Shown piece after piece: positions 39,544 through 50,904 of a stretch of 64,000 nt of DNA. Both the position numbers and the translations under genes were made by a program. Each line of letters begins with the position of its first letter. The stretch's first letter is position 1. Origin of the DNA: Octopus vulgaris (lineage: Eukaryota); the NCBI GenBank assembly GCA_951406725.2, contig OX597816.1, forward strand, positions 94,922,001 through 94,986,000. Direction: 5' to 3'. The notes beneath the pieces were generated by a model. The model worked only from the letters and a program-made list of their open reading frames with translations, was not told the DNA's origin and searched no databases.

Positions 39544-40130
39544 TTGTAAAAAAATTATTACCTTTGTATGGTATTTTTTCCATGCTGGCCACTTGATAAT
39601 ATCGATATTTAAATATCGATATTATCCTTATTTATAAATTTATATAATTCGTCACTATATTCACTGTGGTGTTTATTTTGACCATATCGTGCTTATGGGG
39701 TATTTTGGCAAAAAATTTTAACTGGCCTTGTACATACGTGCATATATATATATATATATATATGCATGGACGTTCGTATATATGTAAGTATAACGTTTGT
39801 TCTGCATATATTTATTTGTATTTATGTGCCTATCTGATATATTCAACTGACGAGGCAAAGCTTATTTAAAGCAAAGCTAGAAATCCGAGATCTTGAATTA
39901 TTCAGTAATATTTTTTGCTAGTCTATTTTGTCCCTCTGTCTTATCTCATGGTGCGATATGAACATTAAACGTGGTTCTTAGAGTCAGGGTTTTGACTGCT
40001 ATTTTGGCATGGTGGTGTCTCTCAGACCCCCTTATTTTTAGTTGTAAAAAAATTATTACCTTTGCATGGTATTTTTTCCCATGCTGGCCACTTGATAATA
40101 TCGATATTATCCTTATTTATAAATTTATAT
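39544..40130 (+). mobile_element. ~498-bp HHR-bearing unit with terminal direct repeat (retrozyme/PLE-like)
   Basis: ~90-100-bp direct repeats starting at 39544 and 40042, internal HHR, flanked by (TA)n. Confidence 0.6.
39841..39898 (+). ncRNA. Type I hammerhead motif
   Basis: AUUCAA-CUGACGA-ggc..gcu a-GAAAUC cga GAUC-UUGAAU: 6-bp stem I, 3-bp stem III, NUH=AUC; one extra A at the base of stem II. Confidence 0.65.
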
Positions 40131-40133
40131 ATG

Positions 40134-40179
<46 letters not shown>

Positions 40180-41498
40180 GCTAAATCAATGTCCAGGTCC
40201 AGCTATTTGTAAATATTCGTAAGCATAATGCCATGGAAACAGGAGGTAACCATTTGTGGGCTGAAGAGATAGATCAGCAAAAAGAAAATAGCATTACTGA
40301 TAATAAATATGCTGGGACCAGTTTGACTGTGATTCGCTCTTTTTAAAATTGGCCTTTTATCCAACTGAAGCATAAGTAAATTCTGTTAAGAACAGAATGA
40401 TCAAACAAATTAAATTTTGCATAAAAAAATAGGAGGGCTATGTGATTTTCATGCATCTCTCATGTTACTGATGTGTGAGAATAGAAGTATTTAATTGAAA
40501 ATATAAACTAGGTCATACACTTTCAGTTTGTTTCAACATTTTCTCTCCACTAGAATGTTTTTATGCATGATACTTGTTCACAATCGTAATTTTCAAATTC
40601 AATATGCTTTAGAACTAATCCAGAAAAGATACCCCTTGGGTGACAAATACTTGAGATACATTAATGAATAGAAAATAAAAGAGTAATTTGCTGATAATTG
40701 CTGTAGCGGCTAACTATACTTCATTTCTGGTAACAAGTGGTAAATAATCTTATCTTTTTTTTCTCATTTTACTTTTTTGCATCCATTTCCTCATAATTGC
40801 CATAGTGGAATGGCTTTTATCAGAGCAATTAGTTTTACAATTAGATAGCCTTACTATCATTAGCTATTCAAATGTGAAACAAGAATGTAATCTATCCTTT
40901 GTCAGTCAGGTAAACTGGAGCAAGCAGATCTTATGTGTATTGTTCAGGGCATAACACAATAATTGTATCAAGATTCGATACTTTTATGATACCAATCTGC
41001 CTGAAACCCAGAGATATACAATACAAACTTCTTGTTTTAAACTGATATGAATTAAAACCTCCCGACAAAATTTCATGTTAATTTATGTTTCAAGCATCAG
41101 CTTAATAATAACAGTTATTTTACTAAATTTTTCATTATTATTTTCAAAATTAATTATATTGAAAGCAGAGTGAAATATGATAATGACAGAGTGTAAAATT
41201 ACATGTATTAAAGTAGAGTTAGCTTTTGCTTGATTGAAACCATTGACATCTCCCACTTGAAAGGTTTGCTTCATAATGTGCTATATTGTGCTATCAGAAT
41301 AACCATTTCATCAAAGGCTAGTTCTTTGGATTTGTTTCTGTCACATTCCTAGCCATAACATGTTTTATTTCCAGGGCTTTTATCAAATATAAAGAAAACT
41401 ATTGAAACAAATCTAAAACCATAGACTTTGGGGAAATTCTTATTTTAATAACACACAAACACATGCAACCAAGCACATATATGATGTATGTATGATAT

Positions 41499-41584
41499 GC
41501 AGCTTGAGGTACGTAAACAAAATTGAACACACATATACCCTCCTGTGTATGTGTGTTCGATTTTGTTTATATACTTCGAGCTGC
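41499..41584. repeat. ~39-bp imperfect inverted repeat (hairpin)
   Basis: gcagcttgaggtacgtaaacaaaattgaacacacatata / tgtatgtgtgttcgattttgtttatatacttcgagctgc; one arm recurs near 42677. Confidence 0.65.
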
Positions 41585-41590
41585 TTCTAA

Positions 41591-41593
<3 letters not shown>

Positions 41594-41621
<28 letters not shown>

Positions 41622-42420
41622 CCATCATAATCATCATCATTTAACGTCTATTTACCATGCTGGCATGGGTTGGACAGTTTGACTGAAAACTAGTAAGCTG
41701 GGGAGCTGCACCAGTTTTCAGTCTGATTTGGCCTGGTTTCCACAGCTGGATGCCCTTCCTAACACAAACCACTCCGAGAGTGTAGTGAGTGCTCTTTATG
41801 CATCACTGGCATGGGTGCCAGTTACAAAACATCGGCATTGGCCATGACTACAATCTCACTTGGCTTGACAGGTCTTCTCAAGCACAGTATATTGCAAAAG
41901 GTCTTGGTTACTGTTCACTGACAGTGTGAAGCCCGAATTTCAAGGGTGCTTTCTACATGCCACTGGCATGGGTGCCAGGGGCATGTAGAACATGGCTGGC
42001 TTGATGGGCCTTCTCAAGCACAGCATGTTGCCCAACGTTCGAAGGTTGCTTTTTACATACAACCGGCACAAGTGACTACACGATATTGGCATTGGCCATA
42101 ACAGTGATTTCATTTGGCTTGATGAGTCTTCTCAAGCATGGCATATTGCCAAAGGTCTCAGTCACTTATTATTGCCTCCATGAGGCCCAATGTTTGAAGA
42201 TCATCCTTCACCACCTTGTCCCATGTCTGCCTGCATCTACCTCTTCCACAGGTTCCCTCCACAGTTAGAGATTGGCACTTCTTCACACAGCTATCCTTGT
42301 CCATATGCATTACATGACCATACCAGTGCAGTCGTCTCTCTTGTGTACCACATCTGATGCCTCTTATGCCCAAATATTTGAATTCTTCCATGACATAACA
42401 TGTTGGGATATGCCAGCAGA
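41594..42420 (-). mobile_element. RTE LINE 3' end
   Basis: ORF track 42158-42442 RRLHWYGHVMHMDKDSCVKKCQSLTVEGTCGRGR..TWDKVV, then the family C tail and (CAT)n. Confidence 0.85.
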
Positions 42421-43945
42421 TGGTGTCTAAACCATTTAACATATAATCATAGTTGGTGATTTAGCTTTCAGTGGGCCTTGACTAGCGTGCGGCATTGATA
42501 AGTCAAAACGAAGAAAAACATCAGTCTGTCACTCCAAGAAAGAACTTAATGTGAGTTGTCTTGCTTGACTGTAACTTACTTTCAGATGCTTTTTTTTGCA
42601 CCAGGCACATAGAGAATATATTCTCTTGTGCCTAAAAACTGCAGCTGACCAACGAACTAACAATACACATACCCTGTGTATGTGTGTTTGATTTTGTTTA
42701 TACACATACACACACACATGTACATATACATACCAACATATAAAGTTATATATATATATATATATATATACATATATAATTATATATATGGTTTTGTTGT
42801 GAGGTTTCATAAGCAACAAGACACATCAGCTCATAGGATACCAGAAATAGATAGGTACATTAACATAGAGCTCATAGTGAAATAAATAACATTGAATACA
42901 TCACGTGTTGGTAGTATATGCAAGTCCCAAATCCAATTTAAACCATACATCTGATTCAGGGTGGAGTTCTAGGTGTGGTGTAATTATAGAAGATAAATGC
43001 AAATATCATTAACATCCACTTTTCCATGCTTACAGAGTTAAGCAAAAACAATATGCTCAAAATAATAACTAAGATATATATTAAAATAGATATGTATCTT
43101 GACTGCCTCTAATTAAAGGTCTTAAGCATTGATTTGTATGAGTACAATTTTGTTAGTCTGGAAAGGCAGACGATAGCCTTGTATCAGTATATGTGTATAT
43201 GTCAGTTGGTTATAGGTAGAAAAAACAAACAAACAAAAAATGAATAAATAAAACCAAAGATCCCTATTGTGTGTGTGTGTGTGTGTGTGCAAAAATCATC
43301 ACACAGTGAAAAGTAGAGAAATATAACATGACATAGTAGATGAATTTTCCTGAACTCTCCACATGAAACATGCATAAAATTGCTCAGATGACTTTATTCT
43401 TTGTATGTATAAACTGTCAAAACTTAAGATTCTATGTCTGAGATAAATGAAGATTTAAAATTCTTTTGATATGTATCCTAGTTGTTTGTTTTGCAGGTAT
43501 ATCTGACTAATACACTGAGTACCTTTTTCTGTCAACATAAAAATCAACATGTACAAAAATATACTTTATGAAATATCCATCCATCCATCCATCCAAAGCT
43601 ACCTGTTCACCCACATGTTTGCCAACTCAACCATCCAAGCATGGGTGTGGTAGGTGCAGGTATAGCTGTGTAGTTAAGAAATTCTCTTTGCAATCACATG
43701 ATTTTAGGCTTGGACGCACTGCATGGCACTTTGAACAAATATTTTTTACTATAGCCTTGAGCTGACCAAAGCCATCTGAATGGATTTGGTAGACAAAAAC
43801 TTAAAGAAACCCATCATACAAACATGCATACATATTTACACACACACACACACATTGCTGAAGTGATGCAACTTCAGCAATGTAACTGCAGACGTGGTGT
43901 TGGGGATCTTTTTCTTTCTTTGGACTTTTCCCTTTTCTTTTTTCC

Positions 43946-43978
43946 TTTCTGATGAAGAGCTATGCTTGAAACATCAAA
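43946..43978 (+). ncRNA. Minimal hammerhead motif in a PLE-type terminal repeat
   Basis: UUU-CUGAUGA-agagc uau gcuu-GAAAC-AUC-AAA; the stem III palindrome appears CpG-decayed (ACGU to ACAU). Confidence 0.55.
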
Positions 43979-44449
43979 ACCCCTCCTTTTTACTGTGCAT
44001 CAAACTAATATATTCCATGTGCATGTCCTCTTGTTTGTTATCGTTATTTTTGATGTACATAGTCAAGAACAGTAAGTTATTCAATTAAATATACTAAACA
44101 CCCTTTAGAATTTCCTTGAAACAAGTCAGTTTTGTAAAGAGAAGTGTTAGATTTCAACCCTAAAATGTTACATGTACTTATCTAATTTGTAGCATTTATT
44201 TTACTTGGAAAGATAAAATAGTAAATATCTATCTGTCTGAGATTTGAACTCAGAAATTTGAGCCCCTATGATAATGGTGCTTTATCAAGTTTGTTCAGAG
44301 AACTATGAAACCAGCTTCTCTATATTGAAATAGAGACTAGAACCAATGTTTCCTTGTGGCAGGCTTGAAAATTGTAGAGATCCCCACTACATGAAACCAT
44401 TAGTAGTCTTGTTAACCTACAAATAAAATATATATATATAAATTATATA

Positions 44450-44845
44450 GGTGCAGGTATAGCTGTGTAATAAGAAACTTGCTTCCTAGCCACACAATTC
44501 TGGGTTCAGTCCCACTGGGTGATACCTTGGGCAAATGTTCTACTATAATGTCGAGCTGACCAAAGCCTTGTGAATGGATTTGATAGATGGAAACAGAAAG
44601 AAGCTTGTCATATACATATATGCATATATCTATGTGTGTCTTTGTGTCTGTTTGTCCCCCCCACTGCTTGACATCTGGTGTTGGTGTGTTTACATCCCCA
44701 CAACTTAGCAGTTTGGCAAAAGAGACCAATATAATAAGTACTAGGCTTAAAAAAATAAGTCTTGGGGTGAATTAATTTGACTTAAAAAAACCCCTGCAAG
44801 GTGGTGCCCCAGCATGTCCCCAGTCAAATGATAGAAACAAATAAA
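44450..44845 (+). mobile_element. SINE family A (older, CpG-decayed)
   Basis: Colinear with 7760-8148, with CpG to TpG/CpA changes. Partial copies near 20383, 23066, 43655, 49900(-), 61700 and 63545. Confidence 0.8.
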
Positions 44846-45516
44846 AAATATATATATATATAGAGAGAGAGAGAGAGGGAGAGAAAAAGGAGAGGGAGAG
44901 AGAGAAAGAGAAAGTAAGAGAAGAATAGAGGGGGACAGGAAGAGAGAAATAAAGATACACTGACATACACATACCTATATATCAATTTGTATGAAAATTC
45001 ATTAGTGATCAGTTAATTGACAACAGAAATATGAAAATAAAGTCATTTGAGAATTAAGAGACCCAATTACAGACAGTAAAACTATTTACAGTGACATGTC
45101 ACTCACAGAATACTCTGAAAATGTAATATGATTCAATTTCACGATGCCTTCTGACATCCAGTTTTTACTGTTGTATATTCATTCAGTCATTAAACAGAAA
45201 TATTCAGGACATAATAAATATATTTAATAATTGAAGCTGAGAAAAAAACAAAAACGAAAAGAAATTGGGCAATGTCATCATAAATTGCAGTATCGCTTTC
45301 TTAATTATCTCCTGTTTTGAACAATTACATTAATTGGTAAAAGAATAATTTCATGTTTGTATGTGTTTTCAAGCCATACCAGCATGAAAAATAGAAAAAC
45401 AAATGTAAAATAATGAAGATAATGATAGTGATGATTAATGCTGATCATAATAAAATATTTATGCATATTTAATGAATGTGAGTGTGTGTGTGTATTTGTA
45501 CATATATATGTATGTG

Positions 45517-45557
<41 letters not shown>

Positions 45558-45915
45558 CATATGTGTGTGTGTTTATATATGTATATAAGCACACACATAT
45601 ACATATTTACTCATATAAAATACATATATATATATATGTATATACAAATACACATGTATGTACAGATACACATACATACATACATACATACATACATACA
45701 TACATACATAAATACATAGTTAAATAAGATTCTGGTAAAAACCTTGTAGTAAGCAATGCAAAGCTTGTCAACAGGTATTGGCCACCTCATGTCATCAAAC
45801 AGTAGAAACTCTCTTGTTACTTGGTATACATCAGGAATTCCATAATATCCGAAGAGTTTATATAAATAGATAAATGATAGAAGATGGAATGAATAACATT
45901 CTTTAGTTAAAATCC

Positions 45916-46339
45916 CTACAATTGTTTCAGCACATTTTTACACCTGTAGTACATTGGTGAGATGTGTACTCTAAAAGTTAATTTGATTCTTCATTCTGTT
46001 TTGCACTTTCTTCCTTATAATCTGACCATGAAAATTGAACTGTAATTTATAATCAACCTCACCCATTTTTTGTCTATTTCTTTGTTTCTGTATTTTGTTT
46101 ATAACTGTATTTTTGTCTGTCATTATACCTATGGGTTTAGTTTTGTCTGTAAGCTGCAGACAGTAACACTGTTTTGGGTATGAATTCACATGCTGAGTGA
46201 GATGACAGTAGGATCTAACAAAGGATTTATTTAAACAACCACCTGCAGAGGCACATCTTACACCTTCGATGGACAATAATGATTACACAACATTTCACCA
46301 ATGTACTACAAGTGTAAAAATGTGCCAAAACAATTGTAG
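45916..46339. mobile_element. Element bounded by ~50-bp inverted repeats with an HHR remnant (PLE-like)
   Basis: ctacaattgtttcagcacatttttacacctgtagtacattggtgagatgt / acatttcaccaatgtactacaagtgtaaaaatgtgccaaaacaattgtag; GAAAC-AATT-GTA half-core. Confidence 0.55.
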
Positions 46340-46766
46340 TAATTTTAAACAAAGAATGTCATTCATTTCATTTTCTATCATTTGCATACATACATACATA
46401 CACATACATACATACATACATACATACATACATACATACATACATACATACATACATACATACATACATACATACATACATGCATACATATATTTTTGAC
46501 AGGAGATTTGGCTGTTATCATACTGCTGGACATCTGTTACTGAGGAACCCATGGCAGGATGAAATCATGTGATCTGGCAGTTCTGGCAGCTGTAGCAGAC
46601 AATTTGTATCTGTCAATAATATAATTTCGAGTATTTTTATGCATCATGAGTCCTTATGAGAGATTCTCTCAAGGTAAATAATGCAGTATTCTGTGTTCTA
46701 ACACAACCTCCATGTGAAATTGGAGATGAAGATTACCCTTAGGTATTAATACTGCTTCTGTCACTA

Positions 46767-46811
<45 letters not shown>

Positions 46812-46818
<7 letters not shown>

Positions 46819-47875
46819 ATAATATTAGGGAATAAATCCAAACTTACAGGGAAAAATTAGATTTAGGATTAAATTCAATTTTATAGTATAAATATATTAT
46901 ATTATATTATATTGAATTAGAGATAAAACCACTATTAGGCAAATCAAACAATGAAAAACATAAGCCAATACAGAAAATTAATTTTAAAATATAAAAGTTA
47001 AAAATAAAAAATCATTTAAATAATTTAAACTTATAAATTTTATATATATATACAAATATATATATATATATATGTATGTACGTATATTTTTTTTTATATT
47101 TATATATTATTTTATTTATATATTATTTAATTAATTAATTAATTAATTTTTTTTATATATCAAAAGTATTAAAAGTTTAATAAAAGATAAAGAGTAAAAC
47201 ACTACGATCGTTTCATGGCTGTACCAATTCGAATAACAATAATTTAAATTCAATTAATAATTCGAGTTATGGTTACAGTCAATCTTCAGGTTAATTGAAA
47301 TATTTAAAAAATAATCAGAAATATTTAAACAATATTTTTAAGATATAAATAATATAATAATTTTACTTATAATAAACTCTATTATCAAACTAGAAACTTA
47401 AAACTTAACAATTATGATTATATCAAAATCGATTATAATGTTAAATATTAATTTTAATTTATAAGGTAGGAAACCCACCAATAATCTAATATCAGTAATA
47501 GTCTATATCTAATTACATAAATATTTTTTTTTTTAAATTACTATTATATATAAATTATCAATGAAAATATATAAATGTATATAAATATTATAATTAAGAT
47601 CTAAAATAATCTCTATAAATAAATATATATGCACATATAATAAAAACCTAATAAATTAATTTTTAATATTTAAAGATGAAATAGCTAATTTCAAAAATAC
47701 AAACAAACAAACTTAAACGAACTTCGGGAAATCTTATGTAAAATACTTATAGAAATAATCAATTCGTAGTTATATAGTATCGAATAAATACTATAAATAC
47801 TATAAATATAATTATCAATGGGAATAACTAGCGAATATCAATTTAAAAAGACAATAACTAAGTTATGCTATTAAT
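46812..47875 (-). mobile_element. Extremely AT-rich insertion in (TA)n carrying an HHR motif at 47201-47291
   Basis: Minus strand AC-CUGAAGA-[ugacuguaacca..ugguacagcca long stem II]-GAAACGAUCGUA-GU with palindromic ACGAUCGU stem III. Confidence 0.5.
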
Positions 47876-48047
47876 ATGTATGTATATATATATATTTATG
47901 TGTATATGACCACTTAGTGGACATCCATATGCTAGAAGTCGACCCCCTATGATCTTACCACTAAGAAAGGAATGTTCTCAAGAAAATTTAGCAAATGCCA
48001 GAATGTAATGAGCAAGACAAATGAAAAGATACAAAATATACAGATTA

Positions 48048-48118
48048 ATCACAAACCAGTTTCGTTGTTACCACTTACATAATCACTTACATAGATGTCT
48101 CCAGTTCGTCAGTGTGAT
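48048..48118 (-). ncRNA. Hammerhead motif with disrupted stem II
   Basis: AUCACA-CUGACGA-..-GAAAC-UG-GUU-UGUGAU: perfect 6-bp stem I and intact core; stem II broken and containing a cacttacata duplication. Confidence 0.55.
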
Positions 48119-48139
48119 CGTCATAGGAAAATATAATTT

Positions 48140-48295
48140 GCAGAACTATACACTACTGTAAATGTTGATGAGAAAGCATTAGAAGCTGTATCCTCCTTCA
48201 CTTATCTTGGTTCCATTGTGTTCAGTGGTGCTAAGATGGATAAAGAAATTTAGTCCATAATCAAGAAGGCTAGTTCCACTTTTGGTAAGCTTTAT
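48140..48295 (+). mobile_element. RTE-like LINE RT fragment
   Basis: VDEKALEAVSSFTYLGSIV...DKEI*SIIKKASSTFGKL (the F.YLGS..D.EI..RI.KA..AF..L motif). Confidence 0.75.
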
Positions 48296-48540
48296 ATTAA
48301 TACTTTTATTCTTTTATTTGTTTCAGTCATTTGACTGCAGCCATGCTGAGCACCACCTTTAGTCAAAGAAATCAACCCCAGGCCTTATTCTTTGTAAGCC
48401 TAGCACTTATTCTATTGCTCTCTTTTGCTGAACTACTAAGTTACAGGGGTATAAATACACCAAAATTGGTTGTCAAGTGAGTAAGCAGACTTCCACAGGT
48501 CAAATTCACATACATCTTGAAAAAAGTCTTTTACTCCCCT

Positions 48541-48740
48541 CATACAAGTATGTTCAAAGTTCACAATAAACAGATATCACCAGTCAAATTCATACAAGTA
48601 TGTTCAAAGTTCACAATAAACAGATATCACCAGTCAAATTCATACAAGTATGTTCAAAGTTCACAATAAACAGATATCACCAGTCAAATTCATACAAGTA
48701 AGTTCAAAGTTCACAATAAACAGATATCATCAGTCAAATT
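48541..48740. repeat. Minisatellite, 4 x 50 bp
   Basis: catacaagtatgttcaaagttcacaataaacagatatcaccagtcaaatt at 48541, 48591, 48641 and 48691. Confidence 0.95.
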
Positions 48741-48919
48741 CAATATTCACATATATCTATGGCCATTTCAGGAGCTCACCACTGTAGCTCAGTGTGATGA
48801 CCCCCCTCATCAGGATAAACATGAAACATGCACAGATCAAAACTTTTATGAAAAGCTTATACCTTTTAATGAAAAGCTTATATAATTTAAGAAGAACCCA
48901 TCAGCAGACTAGTCCAAAT

Positions 48920-49115
48920 TTCCTATAGAAATTTTCTCATGACAAACAAAACTTTTATAACCTCAAAACCTATAGGAATCCACCATCCAACCCTGTTCTT
49001 GCTAAATTTGAACATGACCTTATGAATTTGATTAAATGGTTGAAGTTCTCCAAATGCATGAATCTCTTCCAGAAACTCCTGCCTGATAAAATAACTGCAA
49101 TGAAATCATCTCCTG
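48920..49115 (+). pseudogene. PLE ORF N-terminal fragment
   Basis: FYNLKTYRNPPSNPVLAKFEHDLMNLIKWLKF..NLFQKLL resembles the region upstream of RT in Neptune/Naiad-type PLEs (PP....L..FE.DL..LI..I.F....N.FQ). Confidence 0.55.
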
Positions 49116-49348
49116 ATTAGCACAGTCTATCAAATAAAATTAGATGTGTTTAAAAAAATAATAATAAACACCATTCTAGACAAAATACAGTGTAAACAAG
49201 GCCATGTGTGTCTATTAGAGTACAATGTAACGACTTCACTAGCATAAGAAAACCATAGAGGGTTATACGTGTACATATTCTTGTGGTGCACCTGAGCACT
49301 GTATACAATAATTTCATTATCATAATAGTATTATTGAAAAGTGAGTTA

Positions 49349-49411
<63 letters not shown>

Positions 49412-50259
49412 TATTTACCAGAAGCTTAAAGCAGATGAACAAGACTATGTTTGAGAATGAAAGCAGAGACAAAACCAAAGAGTTTTACTTAGAGAGAGAT
49501 GGCGATCAAAAGATTCTTCACTGATGAGAATGACAATGCATAAATTAAATTATAAATTCTATTTCTATTTTTATTCAGGGACATAAACACACCAACATCA
49601 AGCGATGGTGGTGGGGGACAAACACAAACATACCAACATATACAGATCATTGCTATTATGTTAAACTATTGTATGTTCAAATTTGGCCAAATGCATTTTT
49701 TTCAGTATTTACTTATGCTTGCAATAGCCAGTTCTTTTGGTCAAGCTATCGTATCTCCAGCCTCTTCAGATGCCAAGATATCATAAATTGTTAAAGTCTA
49801 GTACAACAGTTTTGCTATTGAATGGTGAAATTATTTTTTCATTTTCTGAAAAAGCAATGTTTTGGACTTACGACACCTTTGCATAATAGCAACAATATAT
49901 ACGATGGGCTTCTTTCAGTTTCTGTCTACCAAATCCACTCACAAAGCTTTGGTTGGCCTGAGGCTATAGTAAAAGGCACTTGCCCAGGGTGCCATGCAGT
50001 GGGACTGAACCCAGCCCAGAACCATGTGGTTGGGAAACAAGCTTCTTACCACACAACCACGCCCGTACCTTTAAAACAGGGACATATATATATATATATA
50101 TATACGTACATACATACATATGAAAGTATTCATGTGTGTGTAGGTATGTGCATGTAAGTACATAAATATATATATATATATATATATGCATATATATACA
50201 AATACATTCATACATGCATACATACACTCACACACACACACACATGCACACGCACACAT

Positions 50260-50316
<57 letters not shown>

Positions 50317-50904
50317 TGGAAAGTAACTCTCCTTTCAACCATATTTTATTTAAAACATGACTAAGTGGTTTTTTTTAAACTAGTTCATGTTGATTTTTGA
50401 GTTTATGGTCTTGTTTTTATCGTATAGTAATTCTCTCAAATGTTAATGTTTTCTATATATCTTCCTCATTACAAAGATTTAGTTTTAACATTCTTAAGTA
50501 TGTACTTTTCTAAAAATGCAATTGTCATGTTTTGATTGTTGTTTGTCTTTTGTGGAAAGAATTTACTTTTACTTTTGCTTCCATGAAATTCTTCCACAAA
50601 GATCTTGTCTATAAGTTTATTGAGAATAGTTATATAGCAGGTGAGGCTGTGTGGTGAGGATTTGCTTCCTAAGAAAGAAGCCCATTGCATATATCATCGG
50701 CGTCGTCGTCATCATCATCATCATCTAACGTCTGTTTTCCATACTGGTATGGGTTGGACAGTTTGACAGGGGCTGGCTAGACAGAAGACTGCACCATGCT
50801 TCACTGTCTGTTTTGACAGGGGTTTTATGGCTGGATGCTCTTCTTAACACCAACCACCTTACAGATTGGACTGAGTGTTTTTACATGGCAGATATATACA
50901 TATA

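Noticed and set aside
45971-46276. 101-aa ORF as a gene
   Set aside because: Lies inside an inverted-repeat-bounded repeat element, starts at a non-ATG codon and has no recognisable domain.
46812-47875. Mitochondrial insertion (NUMT), suggested by extreme AT content
   Set aside because: I could not recognise any mitochondrial gene, rRNA or tRNA; the HHR motif and (TA)n flanks point to a retroelement.
48541-48740. CRISPR-like regular repeats
   Set aside because: Head-to-tail 50-bp units with no unique spacers, no cas genes, eukaryotic context.
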